Shown: positions 8,351-15,630 of the stretch, one piece after another
How positions within the stretch are numbered: position 1 is the first letter of the stretch
How the letters are laid out: every line of letters starts with the position of its first letter
From: Candidatus Woesearchaeota archaeon
Lineage (GTDB): Archaea; Nanobdellota; Nanobdellia; Woesearchaeales; UBA11576
NCBI GenBank assembly: GCA_027083015.1
Contig: JALWQS010000136.1
Span: 1-42,195 of the forward strand
Direction: 5' to 3'
Length of the DNA: 42,195 nucleotides
The notes under the pieces: model-generated
Seen by the model: only the letters and a program-made list of their open reading frames with translations
Told to the model about the DNA's origin: nothing
Database searches by the model: none
Program-made: the position numbers and the translations under genes

Positions 8351-9919
8351 ATGAGGTTGAAGTTGTTTGTTTGGATCTTGTATGTTTTTATTTTAGTCTT
8401 GCCTGTCGTTTTTGCTCAGGATATATTTATCTATGCTGATGGTGGGACTGATCCTTTTGCTATTTCAGGTATCAAGGTTTTGAAGGAGAATTCTTTTTAT
8501 GCTGGTGAGTATCGTTTTACTGGTGATTTTCTTGATAACTCTGTTGTTGCTTTTGATTCTGATGGTAATGTTGTTTATTCTACGCCTCAGGGTTTTCAGG
8601 TGACGACTCTCGGCTTTGATCCTCGTATCTCTTCTATAGCTATCTATAATGGTTCTTATTCTTCTTCTAAGGTTCCTGTTGTTGTCAGGAATGTTTCTTT
8701 CTGTGATAATGATGGTGTTTGTGAGCCTTGTAGTTCTTCTGATTGTGTTTCTATGGAGAGTTCTTTGACTTGCCGTTCTGATTGTCCTTCCGGTAGTTTT
8801 GATGGTTTTTGTGATCAGAAGTCTGATGGTTTTTGTGATCCTGATTGTGATGGTCAGGATATTGACTGTCCTGATTGTGAGCCTTTTTGTGTTTTTGATG
8901 GTGCTTCTTGTGAGGATCTTGGCGGTTCTCAGTGCAGTGATGGCCAGGATTGTATCGGTGGTTATTTTGTCGGCGGTCTTTTTGTTGATGGTGAGCTTGA
9001 TACTTCTTGTTGTGTGGGTGGCCGATGTGGCGACATGGAGGAGTATGTTCTGTCTCAGTACATGATTGATTATCATCCTGAAGCGGTTGATGTTCTTCCT
9101 GAGAATCCTTATAAGGGTAAGTCTTGTAAGTCGCTTGGCGGCGTGATTTGTGGTTGGGCGCAGGATTGTGACGGTACTCCTGTTTATACTTTGGATGAGG
9201 AGTCTGAGGATAATACTGATTCTGATGATGGTCCTTGTTGTATCGGTCGTTGTTATACTCCTGATGATCTTCTTGAGGGTGAGCCTGGTTACTTGGCTAA
9301 GGCTGATGCTGGTAGCGTTCCTTTGTCTGTTGTTTCTGAGCAGGATACTGTCAGGTCTGAACCTTTGAGGCGTGAGGTCTCTCCTGATTTTAACGATAGG
9401 CTTTCTCCTGAGGAGCGTGCTGCTTTGGATTCTCGTGATCTTGAGTTTTCTCCTGATGGTGATGTTTTGTTGCCTGTTGATCCTGATTCTGATCCTAAGA
9501 ACATGACTGAAGAGCTTGATTTTATCGCTCTTAAGAATGATTCTTTTGTTGCTAATGCTGAAGACGAAGTTGTTGAGGATAAGAAGGTTGAGGAAGAACA
9601 GGAACAGGAATCTTTTGAAGCGTCTGCTTTGGGTTTTGATCCTTTGAGTTTTATCCTGGCTCTTGTCGGCGTTCTTCTTTTGGTTGTTTCTTCTGTCGTT
9701 ATCTGGCGTGTGCGTGAGAAGCGCAATCCTTCTTCTGCTGTTTCTTCTAATGTGGATCTTCAGGCACATATTGATTCTTTGTTGTCTCAGGGTTTGTCTT
9801 ATGTTCAGGTCCAGAAGTCTTTGGTTGAGCGAGGTTTTGCTCCTAAACTGGTCTCTGATGAGATCAGGAAGAATTATTATACTAAGAAGCGTCTTGCTTC
9901 TCAGGGTAAAGTGGTTTGA
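8351..9919 (+). CDS. Cys-rich type-I membrane protein, paralog B (partner of the upstream enzyme)
   Basis: Signal peptide ending VFAQ. Same Cys/Asp module as paralog A (DPDCDGQDIDCPDC). An extra acidic region, TM helix LSFILALVGVLLLVVSSVVIW, and a cytoplasmic tail homologous to paralog A (RGFAPKLVSDEIRKNYY versus KGFDPKLVDEAIKRDY). Confidence 0.75.
   Translation: MRLKLFVWILYVFILVLPVVFAQDIFIYADGGTDPFAISGIKVLKENSFYAGEYRFTGDFLDNSVVAFDSDGNVVYSTPQGFQVTTLGFDPRISSIAIYNGSYSSSKVPVVVRNVSFCDNDGVCEPCSSSDCVSMESSLTCRSDCPSGSFDGFCDQKSDGFCDPDCDGQDIDCPDCEPFCVFDGASCEDLGGSQCSDGQDCIGGYFVGGLFVDGELDTSCCVGGRCGDMEEYVLSQYMIDYHPEAVDVLPENPYKGKSCKSLGGVICGWAQDCDGTPVYTLDEESEDNTDSDDGPCCIGRCYTPDDLLEGEPGYLAKADAGSVPLSVVSEQDTVRSEPLRREVSPDFNDRLSPEERAALDSRDLEFSPDGDVLLPVDPDSDPKNMTEELDFIALKNDSFVANAEDEVVEDKKVEEEQEQESFEASALGFDPLSFILALVGVLLLVVSSVVIWRVREKRNPSSAVSSNVDLQAHIDSLLSQGLSYVQVQKSLVERGFAPKLVSDEIRKNYYTKKRLASQGKVV
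8777..8968 (+). repeat. 192-nt conserved block, copy 2 (Cys/Asp module of paralog B)
   Basis: See copy 1. The near-identical run lies at 8867-8925. Confidence 0.8.
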
Positions 9920-12639
9920 TGATGATTAAGCTGATGGATGTTCGGATGGGGAACGGGTTTTTTCTCGTTAGAGGTCTTTTGGTCTTTTTCATCTTCTTGG
10001 TTTTCTTCTCTCTTCTTCCTCTTGTTTCTGCTCAGGTTGTCACTGCTGATCTTAATCCTTCTAAGTCTTCTGGTGGTGCTGTCACTGCTCTTTATTGTAA
10101 GGGTGCTGATATGTCTAAGCTTGCTGACACTTCTTTTAAGCGGTGTGCTCGTTTTATGCCTAAGGTTATGGAGTATTATAAGAAGTATGGTCTTGACCAG
10201 CTTGGTGTTGATCCTTTGCAGCTCACTACTGTGATGTTTTACGAGTCTGGTTGTCATACTCGTGAGGAGATGAAGGCTTGGCAGGATAAGTATAAAGGCA
10301 CTGGTAAGGATTTTTATCGTACTTGGCAGGGCGGTCCTTTTCAGGTTGATGATCCTTGTTGGAAGTATTATAATAAGGGTGATAAGTGTCCTACTCTTGA
10401 TATTCAGCTTGAGGAGGGTGTTAAGGAGTATAAGCAGAAGTTTACTCAGGTTAAGAAGTATGCTGAGAGTAAGGGTGTTTCTTTGAAGCCTGAAGAGATC
10501 ACTTGGTTAATCTGGTTTTCTTATAATAGGGGTATTGCTACCAGTAACCTTGCTATCCGTAACATGGCTAAGGGTATGACTATCCAACAGGCTACTGATG
10601 AGGCTTGTCAGTGTTATTATGGCACTAAGGATGGTAAGGTCGCTCCTTGTCGTCCTAAGTCTGGTTGGAATAAGTATAAGCCTTGGTGTACTCATACTGG
10701 TTCTCTTGGTATCCAGTATGCTGGTCGTCTGTGGGAGGGTTATAAGAAGAATTGTGAGAAGTTGGGCGGTTCTTTGGATTCTGGTCCCGTTTCTTTTGCT
10801 GGTTTCCAGCCGGGTGCTTCTGGTGCTGGTGTTTCTGGTTCTGCTGGTTCTTCCGGTGTTTCTCTTGGTCGTCCTTCTCGTCCTGAACATCCTGCTTTTT
10901 CTGTTCCTTTTTCTTTGGATCCTTCTTTTAAGGTCTCTCTTCCTTATGATTTTTCTGTTTATGAGAATATCACTAAGGTTTTGCCCAGGCTTGAGCATTG
11001 CCTTGCGGATATTGATTGTATCTCTCAGAATATCTCTATTATCGAGTCTGAGATGCCTGGTTTTGATTGGATGGCTAAGGAGGGCGGTAATATTCTTACT
11101 AAGGATTTGGATGTTTTTCCTGAGTGGTATAAGTGGGAGCGTTATTGTGAGCCTCCTGATCTTAATGCTTTGACTTCTTTGGCTGAAGCCATCTCTGAAT
11201 GTTTGCGTTCTCCTGAGAAGGATTGTGTCTGTAAGTATGATATTCCTATCGCTGGTGAGAAGTCTAAGTCTGCTGGCGGTCTTCTTGATCTTTTGACTAC
11301 TTTTGGTTTTTCTTCTTTTTCTGCTCCTAAGACTGAGTGGAAGAGCCGTAAGATCGCTCTTAGGAATTCTGGCGGTAATGTTGTTCTTTCTTTGAAGGAA
11401 CCTTCTGATCCTGATGTTAAGCCTCAGGTCGTTGATAATGCTCATCTTATAAGGTTGGATCATAGTTTGCAGTCGCTTTTTGCTCAGTGGTATGGTGATA
11501 AGGATGTTTTATGGTATTCTTCTGATGATAGTGGTAAGTCTTTGGATATCTTTAAGCAGGGTGCCAGGAATTTTTCTATCTTTGCTGGTGGTGAGGCTCC
11601 TTCTCAGAAGGTTTGTAAGCTTAATAATCGTATTGTCAAGTTTTGTGTTGTTAGTGATAAGAAGTTTACTGCTTATGATGCTAAGAAGAACCGTTTTGGT
11701 ATCATGAATATTGCTGTTAAGTTCGCTTATCTTTTTAAGTCTAAGATTTCTGATGTTAAGAATCTTGTTATCAGTGATGCTAAGCTCGCTCAGGATAAGG
11801 TTGTTGTTTCTTGGGATGAGATGATCTCTTCAGATGTTACCAGATATACTCTTTATGTCTCTTCTAATGTTTCTCTTAAGAAGTGGATGGAGGATAAGGA
11901 TCCTTCTGATGTTCGTTCTGAGATTGAATCTTTGCCTGATACCAGGGTTTTGGATTTTGAGGTTTCTTCTAAACAGTCTATCTTTGATCTGCGTTGGCCT
12001 CTTGTTCCTGTCTGTAATGTTTCTTCTCAGACTTGTGTTCCTGAGTTTCCTTTGATCACTAAGGTTCAGGGCGGTCCTTCTTCTGTTCAGCTTATGGATG
12101 ATACTCTTTATTATGTTGAGGCTCTTAAGAAGTATTTTGTCATTCTTCCTGATGTTAAGGATGGTGTTCCTTACACTTTTGCTATTACCGCGACTGATAC
12201 TGATGGTCAGGAGTCTCCTGTTTTTTCTTTTCCTAAGTCTTTTTCTTATTCTGCTGATGATCTTCCTCCTGCTTTACCTTCTTTCTCTGCAGGTACTGGT
12301 CCTGATGGTCTGCAATTGATCATTGATACTCCTACTATGAATCTTGATGGTTCTGATCTTAACCAGTCTGATCTTTTGTGGTATCGTGCTTATTGTTTTG
12401 ATCCTGATTCTGAGGTTATTGACTTGTCTGGTGCTTTCCCGACTTCTAATACTGTGAAGTATAAGGATGGCGATCTGTCTTCTACTTTGATGGTCAGTTA
12501 TGATGAGTGTGATCCTCATAAGAAAGGTTCTGCTTATGTTGTGGTTGTCGCTTCTGATAAGGATCGTCAGGAGTTTAAGGGTCTGCTTGATCCGTCTTTT
12601 GTCCAGAAGGTTATCATTCCTGTTTCTCGTAAGAAGTGA
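9919..12639 (+). CDS. large exported protein with an N-terminal GH23/SLT-like (lytic transglycosylase or goose-type lysozyme) domain
   Basis: The first ATG overlaps the upstream stop (TGATG); the track uses TTG at 9916. Signal peptide ending VSAQ. SLT-like motif order: MFYES (Glu codon 10243-10245), GGPFQVD (compare GLMQVD), SYNRG. A Gly/Ser linker is followed by about 600 aa of beta-rich, FN3-like sequence. Confidence 0.7.
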   Translation: MMIKLMDVRMGNGFFLVRGLLVFFIFLVFFSLLPLVSAQVVTADLNPSKSSGGAVTALYCKGADMSKLADTSFKRCARFMPKVMEYYKKYGLDQLGVDPLQLTTVMFYESGCHTREEMKAWQDKYKGTGKDFYRTWQGGPFQVDDPCWKYYNKGDKCPTLDIQLEEGVKEYKQKFTQVKKYAESKGVSLKPEEITWLIWFSYNRGIATSNLAIRNMAKGMTIQQATDEACQCYYGTKDGKVAPCRPKSGWNKYKPWCTHTGSLGIQYAGRLWEGYKKNCEKLGGSLDSGPVSFAGFQPGASGAGVSGSAGSSGVSLGRPSRPEHPAFSVPFSLDPSFKVSLPYDFSVYENITKVLPRLEHCLADIDCISQNISIIESEMPGFDWMAKEGGNILTKDLDVFPEWYKWERYCEPPDLNALTSLAEAISECLRSPEKDCVCKYDIPIAGEKSKSAGGLLDLLTTFGFSSFSAPKTEWKSRKIALRNSGGNVVLSLKEPSDPDVKPQVVDNAHLIRLDHSLQSLFAQWYGDKDVLWYSSDDSGKSLDIFKQGARNFSIFAGGEAPSQKVCKLNNRIVKFCVVSDKKFTAYDAKKNRFGIMNIAVKFAYLFKSKISDVKNLVISDAKLAQDKVVVSWDEMISSDVTRYTLYVSSNVSLKKWMEDKDPSDVRSEIESLPDTRVLDFEVSSKQSIFDLRWPLVPVCNVSSQTCVPEFPLITKVQGGPSSVQLMDDTLYYVEALKKYFVILPDVKDGVPYTFAITATDTDGQESPVFSFPKSFSYSADDLPPALPSFSAGTGPDGLQLIIDTPTMNLDGSDLNQSDLLWYRAYCFDPDSEVIDLSGAFPTSNTVKYKDGDLSSTLMVSYDECDPHKKGSAYVVVVASDKDRQEFKGLLDPSFVQKVIIPVSRKK

Positions 12640-12643
12640 GGTT

Positions 12644-14347
12644 TTATTCTTCTTTGTTTTTTCTTGATAGTTGTATCAGCAGTACGAAGAGGAATCCTGC
12701 TGCTGGTATTGTAAGTACTGGTATTGCTATGAGTTTCCATGATGTTTCTGGTTTTTCGTGTGAGAATGCTATTGTTTCTGTTTGTTTGTATGCTTCTTTG
12801 TGTTCTCCTTTCAGTTCGTACATGATCTCTTTTCCTTCGTTGAGTTCTGCGAAGTGCCATGCTACTAATGGGTCTTCTTCTATGATCTTTGGTTGTATCG
12901 TGAATGTTATCTCATTGGCGTTTTTTGCGAGTGTTTTTGGTATTTCTTCGTATATCCATACGTCTTTCATCGGTTTTTCTATGTTTATCTTGACGCTCAT
13001 TATTGTTTTTCCTTGGCTTATGTGCGATTCTTTTTTTATCTTGATCTTGTCTTTTGTTCTTCTGTAGTCTTTTAGTGCTTTTTGGAATTCGTTGTTGTTT
13101 TCTCCGTATTGGTCTTCTAATGCTTTTTTTAGCAGTAGTTCTTTTTTTTGTTCTTTTGGTGTTGGGCATCCTTCGTCTGTTTGTCCGTCGCAGTCGTCGT
13201 CCAGATAGTTTCCGCATATCTCCTCTGTCGGTCCTTTGGCGTCGCATCCTGTCCATTTTCCGTTTTGGCAGTGTTCTTTTCCTTCTCTGCATGCTCCTTT
13301 GTTTGTTCCGCATGGTCTTGTCAGCAGTTCATCCACTCTTAGGTTGCAGTTGTTGTCTTTTCCGTCGCATTTTTCTTTTGCGTTGTAGTGTATTTCTGGG
13401 TCGTTGTCGTTGCAGTCTTCTCCTGCTTGGCAGTTTATTCCGTATCCGTCGTTATCGTTGTCTATGCAGGGTCTTGTTGGCACTATTGGTTTTCCTTTTG
13501 TTTCTTCTTGTTCTTTCGGTTCTTTTTGTGCCTGTTCTTTTGTTTCTTCTTGCTCTTGTTTTATCTCTTCTGTTGTCGGTTCTGGGTATTCGCATCCTTC
13601 GTCTGTTTCTCCGTCGCAGTCATCGTCTATGTTGTTTCCGCATTGTTCTTTTTCAGGCCATACTGCTCCTGTGCATTCTCCCCATTGTCCGTTCTTGCAG
13701 GTTTGTGTTCCGTATTGGCATGCTCCTGTATCTGTTGTTCCGCATTGTTGTTCTTCTCCGTCTGTGCATGCGCATCCTTCGTCTGTTTCTCCGTTGCAGT
13801 TGTTGTCTTTTCCGTCGCAGATTTCTGGTTGTGGTGTTATTGCTGTACATCCTGTCCATGTTCCTTGTTGGCAGGTTTCTTCTCCGTACCTGCATTCTCC
13901 TGTCTCGCTTGTTCCGCATTGTCTTGTCAGTCCTTCGTCTGTCTGGTAGTTGCAGTTGTCGTCTTTTCCGTTGCATACTTCTTCTGCTCCTGGGTTGATG
14001 TTTGGGTTTTGGTCGTTGCAGTCGCTTACGAGTGTGTATCCGTCATGGTCTTCGTCTGTGCAGCTTGGGTTTGTTGCGCAGTCTGTGTCTTCGCAGTCTG
14101 TTTTTCCGTCGCAGTCGTTGTCTGTGTTGTCTCCGCAATTATTTTCTGTGTCTGGTTGGCTGCATGGGTACCACTCTGAGCATCCTCCTTCGCATAGTGT
14201 GTATCTTGTTTGTGTTCCTCCGCACCCGCAGTCTCTTATTACTGGTGTGCATTTGGGTTCGTAGTCGCATGTTTGCGCGTGTATTAGTTTTGGTATGCTT
14301 ATTAGTGATAGAATTAGTATTATTGTTATGAGTGCCTCTTTTTTCAT
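12644..14347 (-). CDS. secreted Cys-rich repeat protein (MopE-like putative metal-binding motif repeats) with a C-terminal TM anchor
   Basis: Signal peptide ending IHAQ. Repeated DCNDxNPxINPGAxExCNGKDDNCNxxTDEG modules followed by CGxxxxGxCxxGxxxCxxGxWxxC. A charged EQ/K linker and a C-terminal helix IPAAGFLFVLLIQL plus a basic tail. Uses the NNA/NNC codon style typical of - strand genes. Confidence 0.8.
   Translation of the reverse strand: MKKEALITIILILSLISIPKLIHAQTCDYEPKCTPVIRDCGCGGTQTRYTLCEGGCSEWYPCSQPDTENNCGDNTDNDCDGKTDCEDTDCATNPSCTDEDHDGYTLVSDCNDQNPNINPGAEEVCNGKDDNCNYQTDEGLTRQCGTSETGECRYGEETCQQGTWTGCTAITPQPEICDGKDNNCNGETDEGCACTDGEEQQCGTTDTGACQYGTQTCKNGQWGECTGAVWPEKEQCGNNIDDDCDGETDEGCEYPEPTTEEIKQEQEETKEQAQKEPKEQEETKGKPIVPTRPCIDNDNDGYGINCQAGEDCNDNDPEIHYNAKEKCDGKDNNCNLRVDELLTRPCGTNKGACREGKEHCQNGKWTGCDAKGPTEEICGNYLDDDCDGQTDEGCPTPKEQKKELLLKKALEDQYGENNNEFQKALKDYRRTKDKIKIKKESHISQGKTIMSVKINIEKPMKDVWIYEEIPKTLAKNANEITFTIQPKIIEEDPLVAWHFAELNEGKEIMYELKGEHKEAYKQTETIAFSHEKPETSWKLIAIPVLTIPAAGFLFVLLIQLSRKNKEE
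13150..14140 (-). repeat. in-frame tandem Cys-rich modules (coding repeat inside 12644-14347)
   Basis: At least four to five recurrences of the C-N/D-G-K/x-D-D/N-x-C-D/N-G-x-T-D-E-G-C pattern are seen in translation. Boundaries are approximate. Confidence 0.6.
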
Positions 14348-14488
14348 TTTCTTTTCTCGTTGTTTTTCTCTTTTATATTATTTGTGTAAATGTTTGTTCT
14401 TTTTGTTTTGCTTTTTTTGTTTTGTTTTTAAAGGGTTTTTCGGACTATTTAAAAAGGCCTGATTAACTACTTCAAAGTAACGAAAAAC

Positions 14489-14506
14489 GAAACATTTATA
14501 AATAAG
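14489..14506 (+). promoter_or_regulatory. BRE/TATA-like promoter box (GAAACATTTATAAATAAG)
   Basis: AT-rich box about 50 nt upstream of ATG 14555, with a GGAGGG Shine-Dalgarno at 14541-14546. The same ACATTTATAAAT core recurs at 19996-20009. Confidence 0.45.
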
Positions 14507-14554
14507 TTCTTCTTTTACCTTTTCTATCACAATTAAACCCGGAGGGATGTAAAT

Positions 14555-15604
14555 ATGAGTCTTTGGAAAAAAATTGGTTTGCCTTTGGCATTTGCTGCTG
14601 GTCTTTTGAGTTATACTGGTTGCAGCGATGATGCTTCTAACAATAATAACAACGAGAATAATCCTGTGGCTGCTTTTGATGTTAATTCTGTCAGTCCTTC
14701 TGATGGCGATCACATCAACGGGCCTGTAGACTTCCATTTCGTTGTTCCTGAGGTTGATCCTGATTATCAGGGTTCTGTGGATGGTTCTGTTACTGTTACT
14801 GGTGATAATGGCACTCCTGATGATCCTTCTGATGATACCACTAAAGAAGTTTTTAATGATTCTGTAGTTTCTGGTCAGGGCGTCACTGTAAATGTTGATC
14901 CTGAAACGGTTCTTGATAGGCCTGCTAAGGATGGCGAGACTTTTACTCTGGATGCCATAGTTTCAGCTTCTGACGCTCCGGCTCCTAACTCTCAAGAACT
15001 GACCATAAACCTGACCTACGACAAACCAGCTCAGAAATCAATAAGAGTGAAGAGATGTGATGTCGATGGTTCATTTGTTGGTGCGGCTTTAGGCATCACT
15101 TGTTATTGTGAGAGTGATAATGGTCCTGTTACTGGTTGGAACCTTGACAGTGATCTTGATAATGCTATAATAACAGCAAGTGGAGCAATAACAAGGTCAG
15201 AACTGACTCAGAGTGATGTTGGTCTTCATACCTATAATGTTACCTGCTCTAACGATTCTGAGACGAGTGATGTTTATTCCTTTACTGTTCCTGTTGATGA
15301 ACATAAATCTTTTGTTAATCTTCATTGCGGTGATGGTACTGAGAATGCTTTGTATCTTCCTGAGACTACTGTTGATGCTGTCGCTTCTGCCTGTGGTCAG
15401 GGTTTTGATCCTAATAACAAACCCAATACAAGCTCAGATCCTAATTACATCTTGGATGTTGATCCTTCTTGCATCCCTAGTGTGGATGCTAATCTTAATC
15501 CTGATGAGAGGAAAGCGCAGGAGAACTATAATAATGGGACGACGATCAATGATGTCTATAATAGTTGCACTGTTGATTTTGCTCAGGTAAGATACGCCAA
15601 ATAA
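14555..15604 (+). CDS. lipobox-containing exported protein (349 aa), hypothetical
   Basis: SD plus ATG. Signal peptide with lipobox LSYTG|C, an Asn-rich linker, then Ig-like beta-rich sequence with paired Cys. Confidence 0.7.
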   Translation: MSLWKKIGLPLAFAAGLLSYTGCSDDASNNNNNENNPVAAFDVNSVSPSDGDHINGPVDFHFVVPEVDPDYQGSVDGSVTVTGDNGTPDDPSDDTTKEVFNDSVVSGQGVTVNVDPETVLDRPAKDGETFTLDAIVSASDAPAPNSQELTINLTYDKPAQKSIRVKRCDVDGSFVGAALGITCYCESDNGPVTGWNLDSDLDNAIITASGAITRSELTQSDVGLHTYNVTCSNDSETSDVYSFTVPVDEHKSFVNLHCGDGTENALYLPETTVDAVASACGQGFDPNNKPNTSSDPNYILDVDPSCIPSVDANLNPDERKAQENYNNGTTINDVYNSCTVDFAQVRYAK

Positions 15605-15630
15605 GTCTTTTAATATCTTATTCTTTTATT

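Noticed and set aside
3534-9919. Polymorphic-toxin/immunity interpretation of the enzyme plus Cys-rich partner pairs.
   Set aside because: This is not excluded, but the partners are large exported type-I membrane proteins rather than small cytoplasmic or periplasmic immunity proteins. I saw no recognisable secretion-system marker (T6SS, T7SS or CDI-type). It is kept only as an alternative in the cassette finding.
12644-12730. PGF-CTERM/archaeosortase sorting signal at the C-terminus of the Cys-rich protein (IPAAGFLFVLLIQLSRKNKEE).
   Set aside because: The tripeptide is AGF rather than PGF, only one protein in the window has it, and no archaeosortase gene is visible. It may just be a C-terminal TM anchor.
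13150-14140. Possible CRISPR-like or satellite repeat, because of periodic similarity.
   Set aside because: The periodicity is in-frame, imperfect and encodes Cys-rich protein modules. There is no repeat-spacer structure. No CRISPR array exists anywhere in the window.
13054-14179. Several overlapping + strand ORFs (13054-13998, 13388-14179, 13404-13949, 13950-14264, 14002-14331) inside the Cys-rich gene. Analogous + ORFs lie inside other - genes (16775-17125, 18803-19270, 21364-21885, 21907-22578, 29904-30605, 38164-38802, 38899-39288, 39364-39744).
   Set aside because: These are L/F/V/S/C-rich shadow frames caused by the A-poor top strand. The opposite frame carries signal peptides and recognisable repeats or domains.
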